Part shown: one piece after another, positions 1-9,762 of the stretch
Numbering within the stretch: position 1 is the stretch's first letter
Layout: every line of letters starts with the position of its first letter
Source of the DNA: Squalus acanthias
Lineage: Eukaryota
Reading direction: 5' to 3'
DNA length: 64,000 bases
NCBI GenBank assembly: GCA_030390025.1
Contig: CM059432.1
Location: 91,204,001 to 91,268,000, forward strand
The notes under the pieces: model-generated
What the model was told of the DNA's origin: nothing
The model's input: the letters and a program-made list of their open reading frames with translations, nothing else
The model's database searches: none
Program-made: the position numbers and the translations under genes

Positions 1-721
1 CTGCCCAGCGGGTTTAGTGGGCCAATTAAGGGAAAGCCGGTTACTGGTGACGTCAGCGAGTGACGTTTCATCTGTCAAGATTTTTTGACAGATGAATTGT
101 CATCGTTTGACAGCTTTGAGAAGCTGTCAAATACTGAATCTGTCTTCCAAGTTGAGTCCTTTACTCAAGACTCAATTAGAAAGCAGTCCTGAGCAGAAAG
201 CAGAAGGCTGCTGCATTTAAGAATGTAGCGGCCATTCTGCTTTCTGTGCCAGTGAGATGAGGGACTCCCGAGACCTGAAGGGATGAAGCCTGGAGGAAGA
301 AGCAAAGGTAAGTAAAGGTTTTAAAACACTTAAGACTCACCTCACACACTTACCTCTGCACACATGCACCCATCACTCACCTGCACAATGGACATCTCAG
401 CCCCTCCAACCCCCGCAGACCCACCGCTCACCTCGCTGACCCTGGCGAGGTTCGGAGCCATCAGGAAGCCCACACTTTAGGTGGCAAAATAGGGATTATC
501 CAAAAAACTGCCCATTAACTACCGGTTAACAGGCAGTTAATTGACACTAATCCCCTTCCCGCCTCAAGGAGGCGGCTCCCAGCGCGGGTCTGGTACCCGC
601 CTCCTGGGAAGATGGCACGGAGGCGGGTTGGGGGCGAGATGGGTACCTGCCCCCAGATTCTGCCATTTTCCCAGCAGTCCCGCCTCCAAACCCGCCTCCC
701 CAGGGCTGGCAAAATTGCCCC
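1..721. mobile_element. Non-autonomous Harbinger-like element, family A (left part outside window)
   Basis: Ends in caaaattgcccc followed by tta. Reverse-complement homolog of 50912-51684. GGCGGG/CCCGCC subterminal motifs. Abuts a SINE tail. Confidence 0.8.
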
Positions 722-820
722 TTACACTTCAAAAGTACTTCATTAGCTGTGAAGTGTTTTGAGACATCTTGAAGTCCTGAAAGGCACCATATAAATGCAA
801 GTTCTTTCTTTCTTCTTTCT
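722..820 (+). mobile_element. 3' tail of Deu-type/L2-dependent SINE
   Basis: cacttcaaaagtacttcatt...atataaatgcaagttctttctttc; same tail at 60520-60610 and, inverted, at 20995-21090. Confidence 0.7.
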
Positions 821-2499
821 TATTCATTCAAGCTGATATTTGATTGCTGGTAACAGATGAATAGTAACGTGAGCTAATCACAAATATTTTCCTCATGGGA
901 AAATGGCGCTTTAGCCTCTGAGGCTGCAATTTTAGGTGTAATGCTTTCAAAAAGGTGTGAGGTGTGATGCTACAGATCTGCATTACATGTCAGACATTTA
1001 GTTAAAATGGATAGGTTTTCCTTTTAATTATTTGCTGCACACCATTCTCCAGCTGGTAGGATAAACAGAAAAACCTGCTCCTTGCAAATGCACAGTAGTG
1101 GTTTAGAATGACTTGGCAAACAATTTCGCCTCCATTTCTAAGGGTGCATCCGACTGTTTTTAGTACATTGCTATAGTACACCAGCCCGCTGCAACAACTG
1201 GTCACCCGCCATGAAACATTAGCATTCTTTTTATCTACAAAGACTGTCTGATCTTAGTTTCTAAGCCACTGTGCAACAAAAGGATTATTCTATTTGTTGG
1301 AGTGTGATTAAGTGCCCCTAAATATATTCAAACTGAAGTCACAGTATGTTCTGGGAGAAACCTGGAGTTTCTTTTCAAACTTTTGTATTCCTGCTGGTAA
1401 AATGAAACGGCATTTTTAATCGGCAATCTCTATCTGCAACTATAACCTTACCATTTAAGAAGAAAAAAATTAGGATTAATTCAGTAAAAGTTTGTATGGG
1501 TAAGTCCCATGACTGTGGACAAAAATTATAAATGGCAAAGCTTTTGTTCTGAAGTTCACATGACTAAGTTATGAAGTAATATTATTACAGCCATTAAAGG
1601 AGACTTCTCCCTAACAAATTTATGGTTTTGTTAGAAATGCTTCCTGTTTACAATTCTAATTTCTTTCTCATTATTCTGTTTCTGAAAATTGTGGTGCAAT
1701 TTGAGAGACCAGGGGCAGAGCCAAACCTGTCACATGAAAATAATTGAGTACAGTTGGAGGTGCCTCAGTTGCCCTTGGGGAGAATTCAGAGTCATAAGAA
1801 TGCACAATTTTTTTATTTTTTAAAAGTTCTGAGCTGTTTTTAAAAAAGGTATACGTCAAGTCCTTTAATTACCAAGTTCAAGCAATTCAAAAAATATTGC
1901 ATCTGAAAAATCCTATGTGAAGTGTAGCAGGAACAGCTACCTAGTAATTCATAGTTTATGTCCGTAATAAAAAAATCAAAGAGCTGCCCTGTAATTGGAT
2001 TTTACCCTGGAAACTGCTGCATGTGAATTATGTGCAACAATAAAGGTTTTGGAATCTACTTTCAGAATGAGTGGATTCTGCACCTTTCCTTAGAGATGTG
2101 GGATAGAAGGTTCTGATTGTCATAATCAGTGTTGTATACATGCAGCATTATACATGGAAAATTATGAAATTATAACCTAAAATAGAGGAAAACCTTTACA
2201 ATCTTTTATGTTGTGAAATAAAGATGCTTGAATTAGAGCCTAGATTGAAAATAAAAACCAATCAGAAAAAACCAATCAGGTGAAGTTATTTTCAATTAAA
2301 AAAGGACACTATCTGAATTTGCATAGATCTGAGGGAATTACAAAAACTTGGTTAACTTCAGAGTTCACTGTTTCCTCCTGCTTTATTTGGTGTTGATTAA
2401 TTAAATGATGTGGATAGTCTCTTAACTGACATTCCTTTTCCCCCCAAATCCCAAAGTAAAAATGCCATTTGTTGTTTCATAAACTATATAAATGTACAG

Positions 2500-2660
2500 T
2501 CCTAACCCATTCTTGATTGCTAGGCAATGATCCCCGTGCTGGAAGTCGGTGTGTGTGGGCACGGCAGGGGACACAAGATCAGAATCAGCTGTGATGTCCT
2601 TCATTCATTGTTGACATTCACTTTCAAGGCTCATAAATGAATAACGGCCATTTGGAAAGA
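2500..2660 (+). mobile_element. Old SINE remnant (related to 57190-57510 and 61070-61240)
   Basis: Shares gtgctggaag...gtgtgtg and catgaagaatggccacttgg-like blocks with the other copies. Confidence 0.4.
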
Positions 2661-3394
2661 CCCCAGTGAGGTAATTAATGCCTTCAGGCTAGAAGATAGG
2701 GGGAGGGCAGAAAATTGCAAAGAACAAAAATAATGCACAAGGACTGAAAATCCAAGGTGCATTCCATCTGTAACTGCAGGAGCTGGAAAAGAGGCTAAGA
2801 GCTGGATATTCTGGGTCCTGCCCTTGCTTTTGGGTGGTCAGTGGGGTCTTGTATGGGGCAGAGCTACTACCTGATTCCATACAAGGTCAACGTCATAGGA
2901 AAGGGTGGGCCCAGGGGCAGGGACTCCCCATTCCAGGAGCTACTGTGTCCTCACAGGCACCCAGCACAACATTGGGGATGGTGCGCCTACTGACACCAGG
3001 GTGCCAGTCTGCCAATTGGCGGTTGTGGGGCCCCCCGGGCCTGGGTCTTTAAAGCGAACAATTTTTTTTTTCTTTAAATTTGGTCCCCTTACAAAGGGGC
3101 CCAGATTATCCTTTCCAGGAGGGGAAACCTCACACATCTATAGAACTGGTAACTTGTGCCACAGTACTGTGGGGCAAGGTGGCTGGCCCAGATGCGTCCC
3201 AAGTGGGATGGATGCCCAGCATTTGCATCCCGACTCCACCAAGCACATTCTGGGACATACGCCAGGATGCAACCTCACCCCCGCCCAATCCTTATTATGG
3301 TAGATTCTCAGCGAGAGAGTCTGCATTATGTTTTTGTAGGTTGAAATAAATATCCGCAATTAAGAATAAAACACTTGGGGGTTGAAATAACACT

Positions 3395-3892
3395 GGGGAT
3401 GATTTTGACTTTTGGGCACCCGACCGACAGAGCATGCCAGCCTTCCGCCCGTACCTGCGACAAAGAGGTGGCCATGATTTTTAGGCACCAGCATTCTTTG
3501 CATCGAGTCAATATTGGCAGCAAGGCAAGTGTGGGGCAGGGTCATGATCACAGAGGAGCACTCCTGCTTCTCCGGGCCCCATAAAATTAATTTCAAACTT
3601 ACCTTTGCTGGGCCTCTTCGGCTCTATCACCCGTAGAAATGATGGATGTGTGCACGGTGTACGTCTGACCAGTTCCAACTAAAATGGCAATCGGGGTCCT
3701 AGGACCTCCATTTGCTTATTAAAAGGGACCGACCGCCTGAACCAGGCGGGCACTTTGGATACCCGGCGGTCGGCCCCTTTCAAAATAGCACCAGCCGTAT
3801 TGTCGATGTTAATGGGCCAGTAAGGCCACTGACCCCAATTTGAGGCTGTTATTACCCCATTAAAAGGCAGGCAAAAGAAGTTAAAATCGCCC
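3395..3892. mobile_element. Non-autonomous Harbinger-like element (~500 bp)
   Basis: Imperfect TIRs ggggatgattttgactt / aagttaaaatcgccc. Internal gaggagcactcctgcttc matches 21742-21757 in reverse. Confidence 0.6.
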
Positions 3893-5211
3893 TACCATGT
3901 GTAAACTCATTCATAAGAAATTCCTTTGTCTATTATTTTAACAGAGGAATTACCTCATTTACATAAATGCCATTATTTAAATGCAGTCAGAGGAATTTCA
4001 CACTAACGTGTTAATTCCTTTCTTACTAACATCACTCAAGTGATTTTAACCCCTTGCACTATTATATATCTGGGTGGAATTTCGACAATATAAAATGCGA
4101 ACTTTTTAATGGGTGATTCTGAATGTCTAGCAGAGGATTGATCATGATGGGAACATGGGTTGGAGAATTGGGGCTGTGGTGTTATTGCCCTATGAGCACG
4201 GCTCCCCGTTGTGATTGTGGGAATGCAGGATCCCCCTATTGTGTAAATATATCCGGCCTAACCTTTAACATAGAATGAGCACATGCAATGTGTTTTGGCA
4301 GAGAATATATTTGGTATAGGTAAGGATGTGCTATGCATTTTTGTAGGACGTTATAGAATGAACCTGTCTTGAGATTAGGCAGTATAGAACAGTTTGAATG
4401 AGAACTTGATAAGTATTTCAGCACTGGTCTCTCCTGTTGGTTTACATTTCTTATTTGCCTATTTCATTAATTTTAACAAAGGAATAGGAAAATATAAAAC
4501 AGGGAAACATACCCTTTACTGTCCATGTGCTTGTAAGGTTGAAAAGATAACAATTAGGAATGGGATCTAAACCAGGTAATAATCCAAATCCTAGTCATGT
4601 GTAAAAATGACTCCAGTACCATCTCTCACTGTATTGCTCCCAAACAGTATTTCAGAGACACACCTTGAACCATAGAATCATGGAATGGTTACAGCACACA
4701 AGGAGGCCATTCAGCCCGTCGAGCCTGTGCCGGCTCTCTGCAAGAGCATTTCAGCTAGTCCCACCCCCCGCCTAATCCCCGTAGCCCTGCAAATTTTTTT
4801 GCTTCATGTACTTATCCAATTCCCTTTTGAAAGCCACGATTGAACCTACCTCTACCATCCTTTCAGGCAGTGCATTCCAGATCATAACCACTCGCTGCGT
4901 AAAAACGTTTTTCCTCATGTCGCCTTTGGTTCTTCTGCCAATCACCTTCAATCAGTATCCTTTGGTTCTCGACCCTTCTGCCAATGGGAACAGTTTTTTC
5001 TATCTACTGTCTAGACCCCTCATGATTTTGAACACCTCTATCAAATCTCCTCTCAACCTTCTCTGCTCTAAGGAGAACAACCCCAGCTTCTCCAGTCTAT
5101 CCACGTAACTGAAATCCCTCATCCCTGGAACCATTCTTGTAAATCTTTTCTGCATCCTCTCGAAGGCCTTCACATCCTTCCTAAAGTGCGGTGCCCAGAA
5201 TTGGACACAAT

Positions 5212-5954
5212 GGGCCGAAAATTGATCCCGGGACGCGAGAGTACGCACTGCGTACTCTCGCGTATTCCCACTCCAATTGCCGGTTTTCTGCATGCCCTGC
5301 GCATGCGCTGAAAACCGGCAATTGCTCTTCTGAAAAGGGGGCGGGTCCTCGGTGCATCGCGTGCGCGCTACAGGCTGCGCGCACGCTGTGCACTTCATGC
5401 TTTGGACGCGCAGGTAAGTACGGAAGATTTTGGAAATGTAAAAAGGAGGAGTAAGACCCACTTTTAAGAAGGTAAGTAGTGAATTAAGTATTTTTTTGAA
5501 TTTTTTTTAACAGGTATATCTTTTTTAGAGACTTTAAAGACAGGTAAGTTTATTTTTATAACTTTTTAAAAGATTTTAAATTTTTTCAAAAATTTAATTT
5601 TTTATTTAAAATGGTTAATTTAATTAACTATACTTATTTTATTAATGTGATGGTTTTTTTTTTAATTTAATTGAGGTTTAGCTGTTATTTTGGGGGGGTG
5701 TAAGATTCATAGATTTCACAGCCGTGCTGTGAAACTTATGAATGGAAGATGGTGTGCTGCCATTGGCTCTAACTGAGTCACGTGATCCCACAGCTCGCAC
5801 GAATTCACTACGCCGCTGGGATACGCAAGCACTGCCCAGCTGATCTCTAGAACATCAAGTTCGTGCGAGCTGGATCTGAAAAAGCACAAGCGAGGTGAGA
5901 GATCGCGGGAAAGCCTTACCCCCGCGGGAACAGAGCGAGATCAATTTCTGGGCC
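5212..5954. mobile_element. Non-autonomous Harbinger-like element, family B, copy 1
   Basis: TIRs gggccgaaaattgatc / gatcaatttctgggcc. Flanks aat/att (degenerate 3-bp TSD). Splits CR1 sequence ggacacaat|actccag. Near-identical to 21836-22579. Confidence 0.9.
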
Positions 5955-6164
5955 ATTACTCCAGTTGAGGCCGAACCAGTGTTTTATAAAGGTTCATCAT
6001 AACTTCCTTGCTTTTGTACTCTATGGGCTGGATTTTGTCAATGGTTGGGCTGGGGTCGTGTCAAGTGGAAATCGTGGTCTCCACCCGACTCCAATTGGAT
6101 ATGGGGCTAAGAATGAATTTTCCCCTAATTGGGCAATTGATTTCCTGCGTGTGGGAACCCTGGC

Positions 6165-6228
6165 CCAATTAGTTTTTCCAGTCTGAAAGTCGGGTCCGAT
6201 GACGTCATCATTGCTGCTGCATTTAAGG
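6165..6228 (+). promoter_or_regulatory. Putative promoter of H1 Myb-like gene (CCAAT, CRE TGACGTCA, TATA-like TTTAAGG)
   Basis: ccaat 6165, tgacgtca 6200, tttaagg 6222, ~75 nt upstream of ATG 6303. Similar layout in H2 (~12915-12980). Confidence 0.45.
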
Positions 6229-6302
6229 TCTGCAAGAAGCCTTGCTTCTTCTGCAGACTGCCAAGCTTTCTGTATTAGCGACCACACGAAAGTAGTAGCA
6301 AA

Positions 6303-8291
6303 ATGAGTTTCAGCAGACCTAAGTCTGCCCCGAGATTCGAGGACGTCGCCCTGCAAGCTTTGATAGAGGGAGCAGGAGCTAACAAAGAGGTGCTCTTCCC
6401 TTCCTCAGGGAAGAAGAAGCCTCCCCAACAGACAAAGGCTGTGTGGCTTCAAGTGGCCCAGGAGGTGTCCTCCTTGGCGCAGATACCCCGGACCTGGCTT
6501 CAGTGTAGGAAGAGGTTCCATGACCTTATACGCACTGGAAAAGTGAGTATGACTTTCCCATCATCCTCAATCTCATCCCCATTGCCTCTTCTCTCCAGCA
6601 CTCAGCTTTGACAACCTCTTCCTCCACATCCCACTTGACACTGACATCCCTGCCCCCTTACCCATTCCCTCTCTCTGTATGTTCACATTCACCTAACTAT
6701 TCGACTATGCAGCCCTCACACTTCCCATCACTGTGTTGCTATGACAACAACTTACAACGCACAGGGAGGGCCCTTGGTCTTGCCACCTCACTCCATCTTT
6801 GTCTTCTTCTAAGCATCTATGCTATGGATTCTCTACACTCACTCCATCATTCTCACTCAAACTCCACTTGTCTCCCTCATTGCAGGAAAAGAGAGCCCAC
6901 AATAAAAGGGAACGAGCGAGGACAGGAGGAGGGCCACCCTCCATAGCCCAGCTCACTACTTGGGAGGAGGCGGCCCTGCAGATAGTCGGGGTCGAGGACG
7001 ATGCACAAGTGGGGGACGGACAGACGGGTGTAGCCGAGCAAGCTGGTGACAGAAGAGTTTTTCATCTCTCTCATTGACACTGCATGAGTCGCTGATAATT
7101 AATCTGATGCTCTAACAGATTGACTTATGATCATCTGCAATATTCAATGTGCATGTAACCTTGGCCTCACATCTCTGACTCTATCCTTTACTCCCCCACA
7201 GGACCATCGCAAGCCCTCATCCCCACTCTCGAGGAGGAACATCCGGAACCTCCAGACTCCTCAGAGGAAGCTGCAACCTCTGAGGGCGCAGCGTCAGCAG
7301 AATTCAGCCCACCCAGCAACAGCGCAGACACTCACACCTCGGTGGGACCCTCGGGACGAGTGAGCATCAGCAGATGGTGGAGACAGGGACAGCAGTGGAG
7401 AGTCCTAGTCGGAGGGCGCAGGACTCCCAGTTCGGCTCAGCTGCATGTCGACCCTCTGCCTCTGGGTCCATCCAGAAGAAGAGCGGTGCTGGAACTCCAG
7501 GAAGAGGTACAGGAGTCTCTGGCAGGTTTTGTCTCCAGGGTCGCTGCGAGTGTGGCGCGAATGGAGGAGTCCATCGCTAACATGAGCAGAGCCTTTGTGG
7601 AGGCGTTGGCGCATGAACGCATCACCACGGAAAGGATGGCAACCTACGTGGAAAGGATGTCTACCTCCATGGTAAGGCTGACTACCGTAGAGGAGAGGAT
7701 GGCAACGGTAGAGGAGAGGTTGTCTACAGTAGTGGACAGGATGGCTACATCCATGGAGGAGCTTAGTAGCCAGGGTATGGAAACCATGGTATTTGCTCAG
7801 AATAGAATGACATCTCTTGAGGAGTGATGGTCAGCTATTGACCAATCAAACCAGACCTTCAGGCAAGTCCTCGCCAGTAGGACTTCCAGTAGAGAAACGG
7901 GTCCTAATGGCCCCCCTGAAGTGCAGCAAGGTGCTGTCAAGCCACTTGCTAGCTCTGAAGTGGGGCTGACCCATGAGAGGGATGTTGGTGGCAGAGAACA
8001 AGGAAGTGGGGGCACCTCTCCAAGCGCTCACACGACCATTCCACTGCAGAGCCCTCGGTCAGAGCCCCACCAGAGTCCTCACCCAACTGAGATCGGCGTC
8101 TCAACCCCTGCTATGCAGCAGGAGCAGCAGACTGTTGCCGAGCCCTCACAGGTTCGCAACCCCAGAGGACGCCCGCCAAAGGAGTCGAGACAGGAGCAGC
8201 AAGAAAGTGAGCAAGGGGCCTCCATATCTGCTGAAGCCACAGGGGAACCACCACGTAGGAGCACGCGTAAGAGAAAGATACTACACAATAG
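6303..8291 (+). pseudogene. Harbinger Myb/SANT(trihelix)-like DNA-binding protein, 3 exons (6303-6542, 6886-7045, 7202-~8291)
   Basis: Exon 1 PRF...W..VAQEV...RTWLQCRKRFHDL. GT-AG introns of phase 0 and 1 keep the frame. Exon 3 has a heptad repeat, PRGRPPK and RRSTRKRK. In-frame TGA at 7825. Confidence 0.88.
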
Positions 8292-8548
8292 TCACAAGGG
8301 TAGTCACTTGGGTGAAATGTTATGTTTATTGTGGATAAGCCATCTGTCGTTTCATGTAAATAAAAAATCAGATGGCAACTGGTGCCTTTGTAGCGTTTGT
8401 CATATCACTGATGGGACTTCCACATTGAGGGCTTAGGATGACTTGCACTTGTCAGTATGGTGCTCAGAGTGCTAGGAATCCGCTGGTTCTTGGCCATTGT
8501 CGAAGCTCTCGTAAGAAGCTGCGAGTCCGAAATGCTTGATTGGCTAGG

Positions 8549-9762
8549 CTAAGCAAATCTGGCCAGGATGAGTGCGTTCCTTGCATCCCAGGCAGCAATG
8601 TGCTCGCGTACTCCTGCCGCTGGTTGATGCGCCTCTGCAGGATGACCGTTGTCGCCCTCCTCCTCATCATCATCTGAGGAGGCTATGTGATGAGCCACTT
8701 GGTCCTCAGGAATCTGCAGGCCACGACGCTGTGCCATGTTGTGAAGTGCACAGCAACCAACGACGATTCTGGAGACCCTGGCTGCTGAGTACTGCAGGGC
8801 TCCACTTGATCTATCCAGGCATCTGAAGCGCATCTTTAGCAAGCCGATGGTTTGCTCGATTATGGATCTGGTGGAAATGTGGCTGGAGTTGTTGCGCTCC
8901 TCAGCCTCGTTGGATGGGCTCCTCGACAGCGTCATTAGCCACGTCTTCAGGGGATAGCCCTTGTCTCCAAGTAGCCATCCGTTAAGTTGGTCTAGCGGAC
9001 TGAAGAGCAGAGGCACACTAGACTGGCGCAGGATGAAGGAGTCATGGCAACTGCCAGGGTACTTGGCGCAAACATGCAAAATTTCCTTCTTGGTCACACA
9101 CCAGCTGCACGTTGAGGGAGTGGAAACCCTTGTGGTTGACAAAAATACCTGGATTGCGATGGGGTGCCTTAAGGGCCACATCTGTGCAGTCCACGACGCC
9201 CTGCACCCTTGGAAAGTCTGCCAGATGAGCAAATCCAACCGCACGCGCCCTGACACTTGTTCGATCCTTGGAGAAATGGATGTGATTGTGAGCGAGGGCA
9301 AAGATGGCATCGGTTACCTGCGTGATGCAGGTGTGTGCACCCGCCTGCGAAATGACGCTGATGTCTGCAGCTGATCCCTGGAATGAGCCTATGGCAAAAA
9401 AGTTGAGTGCGGTGGTGACCTTGACGGCCACTGGTGAGGGGTGTCCACCTGCTCCTCTGGGCTGCAGGTCTTGCTGGACCATTGCGCATATGTCACCCAC
9501 TGCCTCCCGTGAAAGTCGGAGCCTGCCTTTGGCACTGCTGTTCAGTCATGCTGAGGTAGCTGATCCTCTGTCTGTACACCCTGTTTGGGGGGTATCTCCT
9601 GCACCGTCATGCTTCCAAGTGCTGGCGCCCTCTGGCCTGTGCAGCTTCAGGTGGGTGAGCAGCAGCTTGGAGCTGCTGCTGTTGGTCACAGTTCGGCTGC
9701 TGCCGCGGCTGCTCCTCATCCTCATCTGATGTCCAGGAGGAAAGGAAAGTAATGCTACCCAT
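8549..9762 (-). pseudogene. Harbinger (HARBI1-like) DDE transposase, frameshifted
   Basis: [52 protein letters not shown] across two frames; ATG at 9762 matches the H2/H4 starts. Confidence 0.93.

Noticed and set aside
2799..3360. Possible old non-autonomous DNA element
   Set aside because: Only a weak 9-10 bp terminal match and no second copy in the window.
5000..5461. 153-aa ORF as a novel gene
   Set aside because: Chance fusion of MITE sequence with CR1 ORF2 across the insertion junction; the same applies to 10233-10739 and 12351-12959.
7615..7765. Regularly spaced repeats as a CRISPR-like array
   Set aside because: In-frame 21-nt coding heptads with no unique spacers, in a vertebrate context.
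9304..9729. Long antisense ORFs over transposases and LINEs (also 16184-16639, 17415-18083, 33567-34031)
   Set aside because: Shadow frames of GC-rich coding sequence on the other strand, with no independent motifs.
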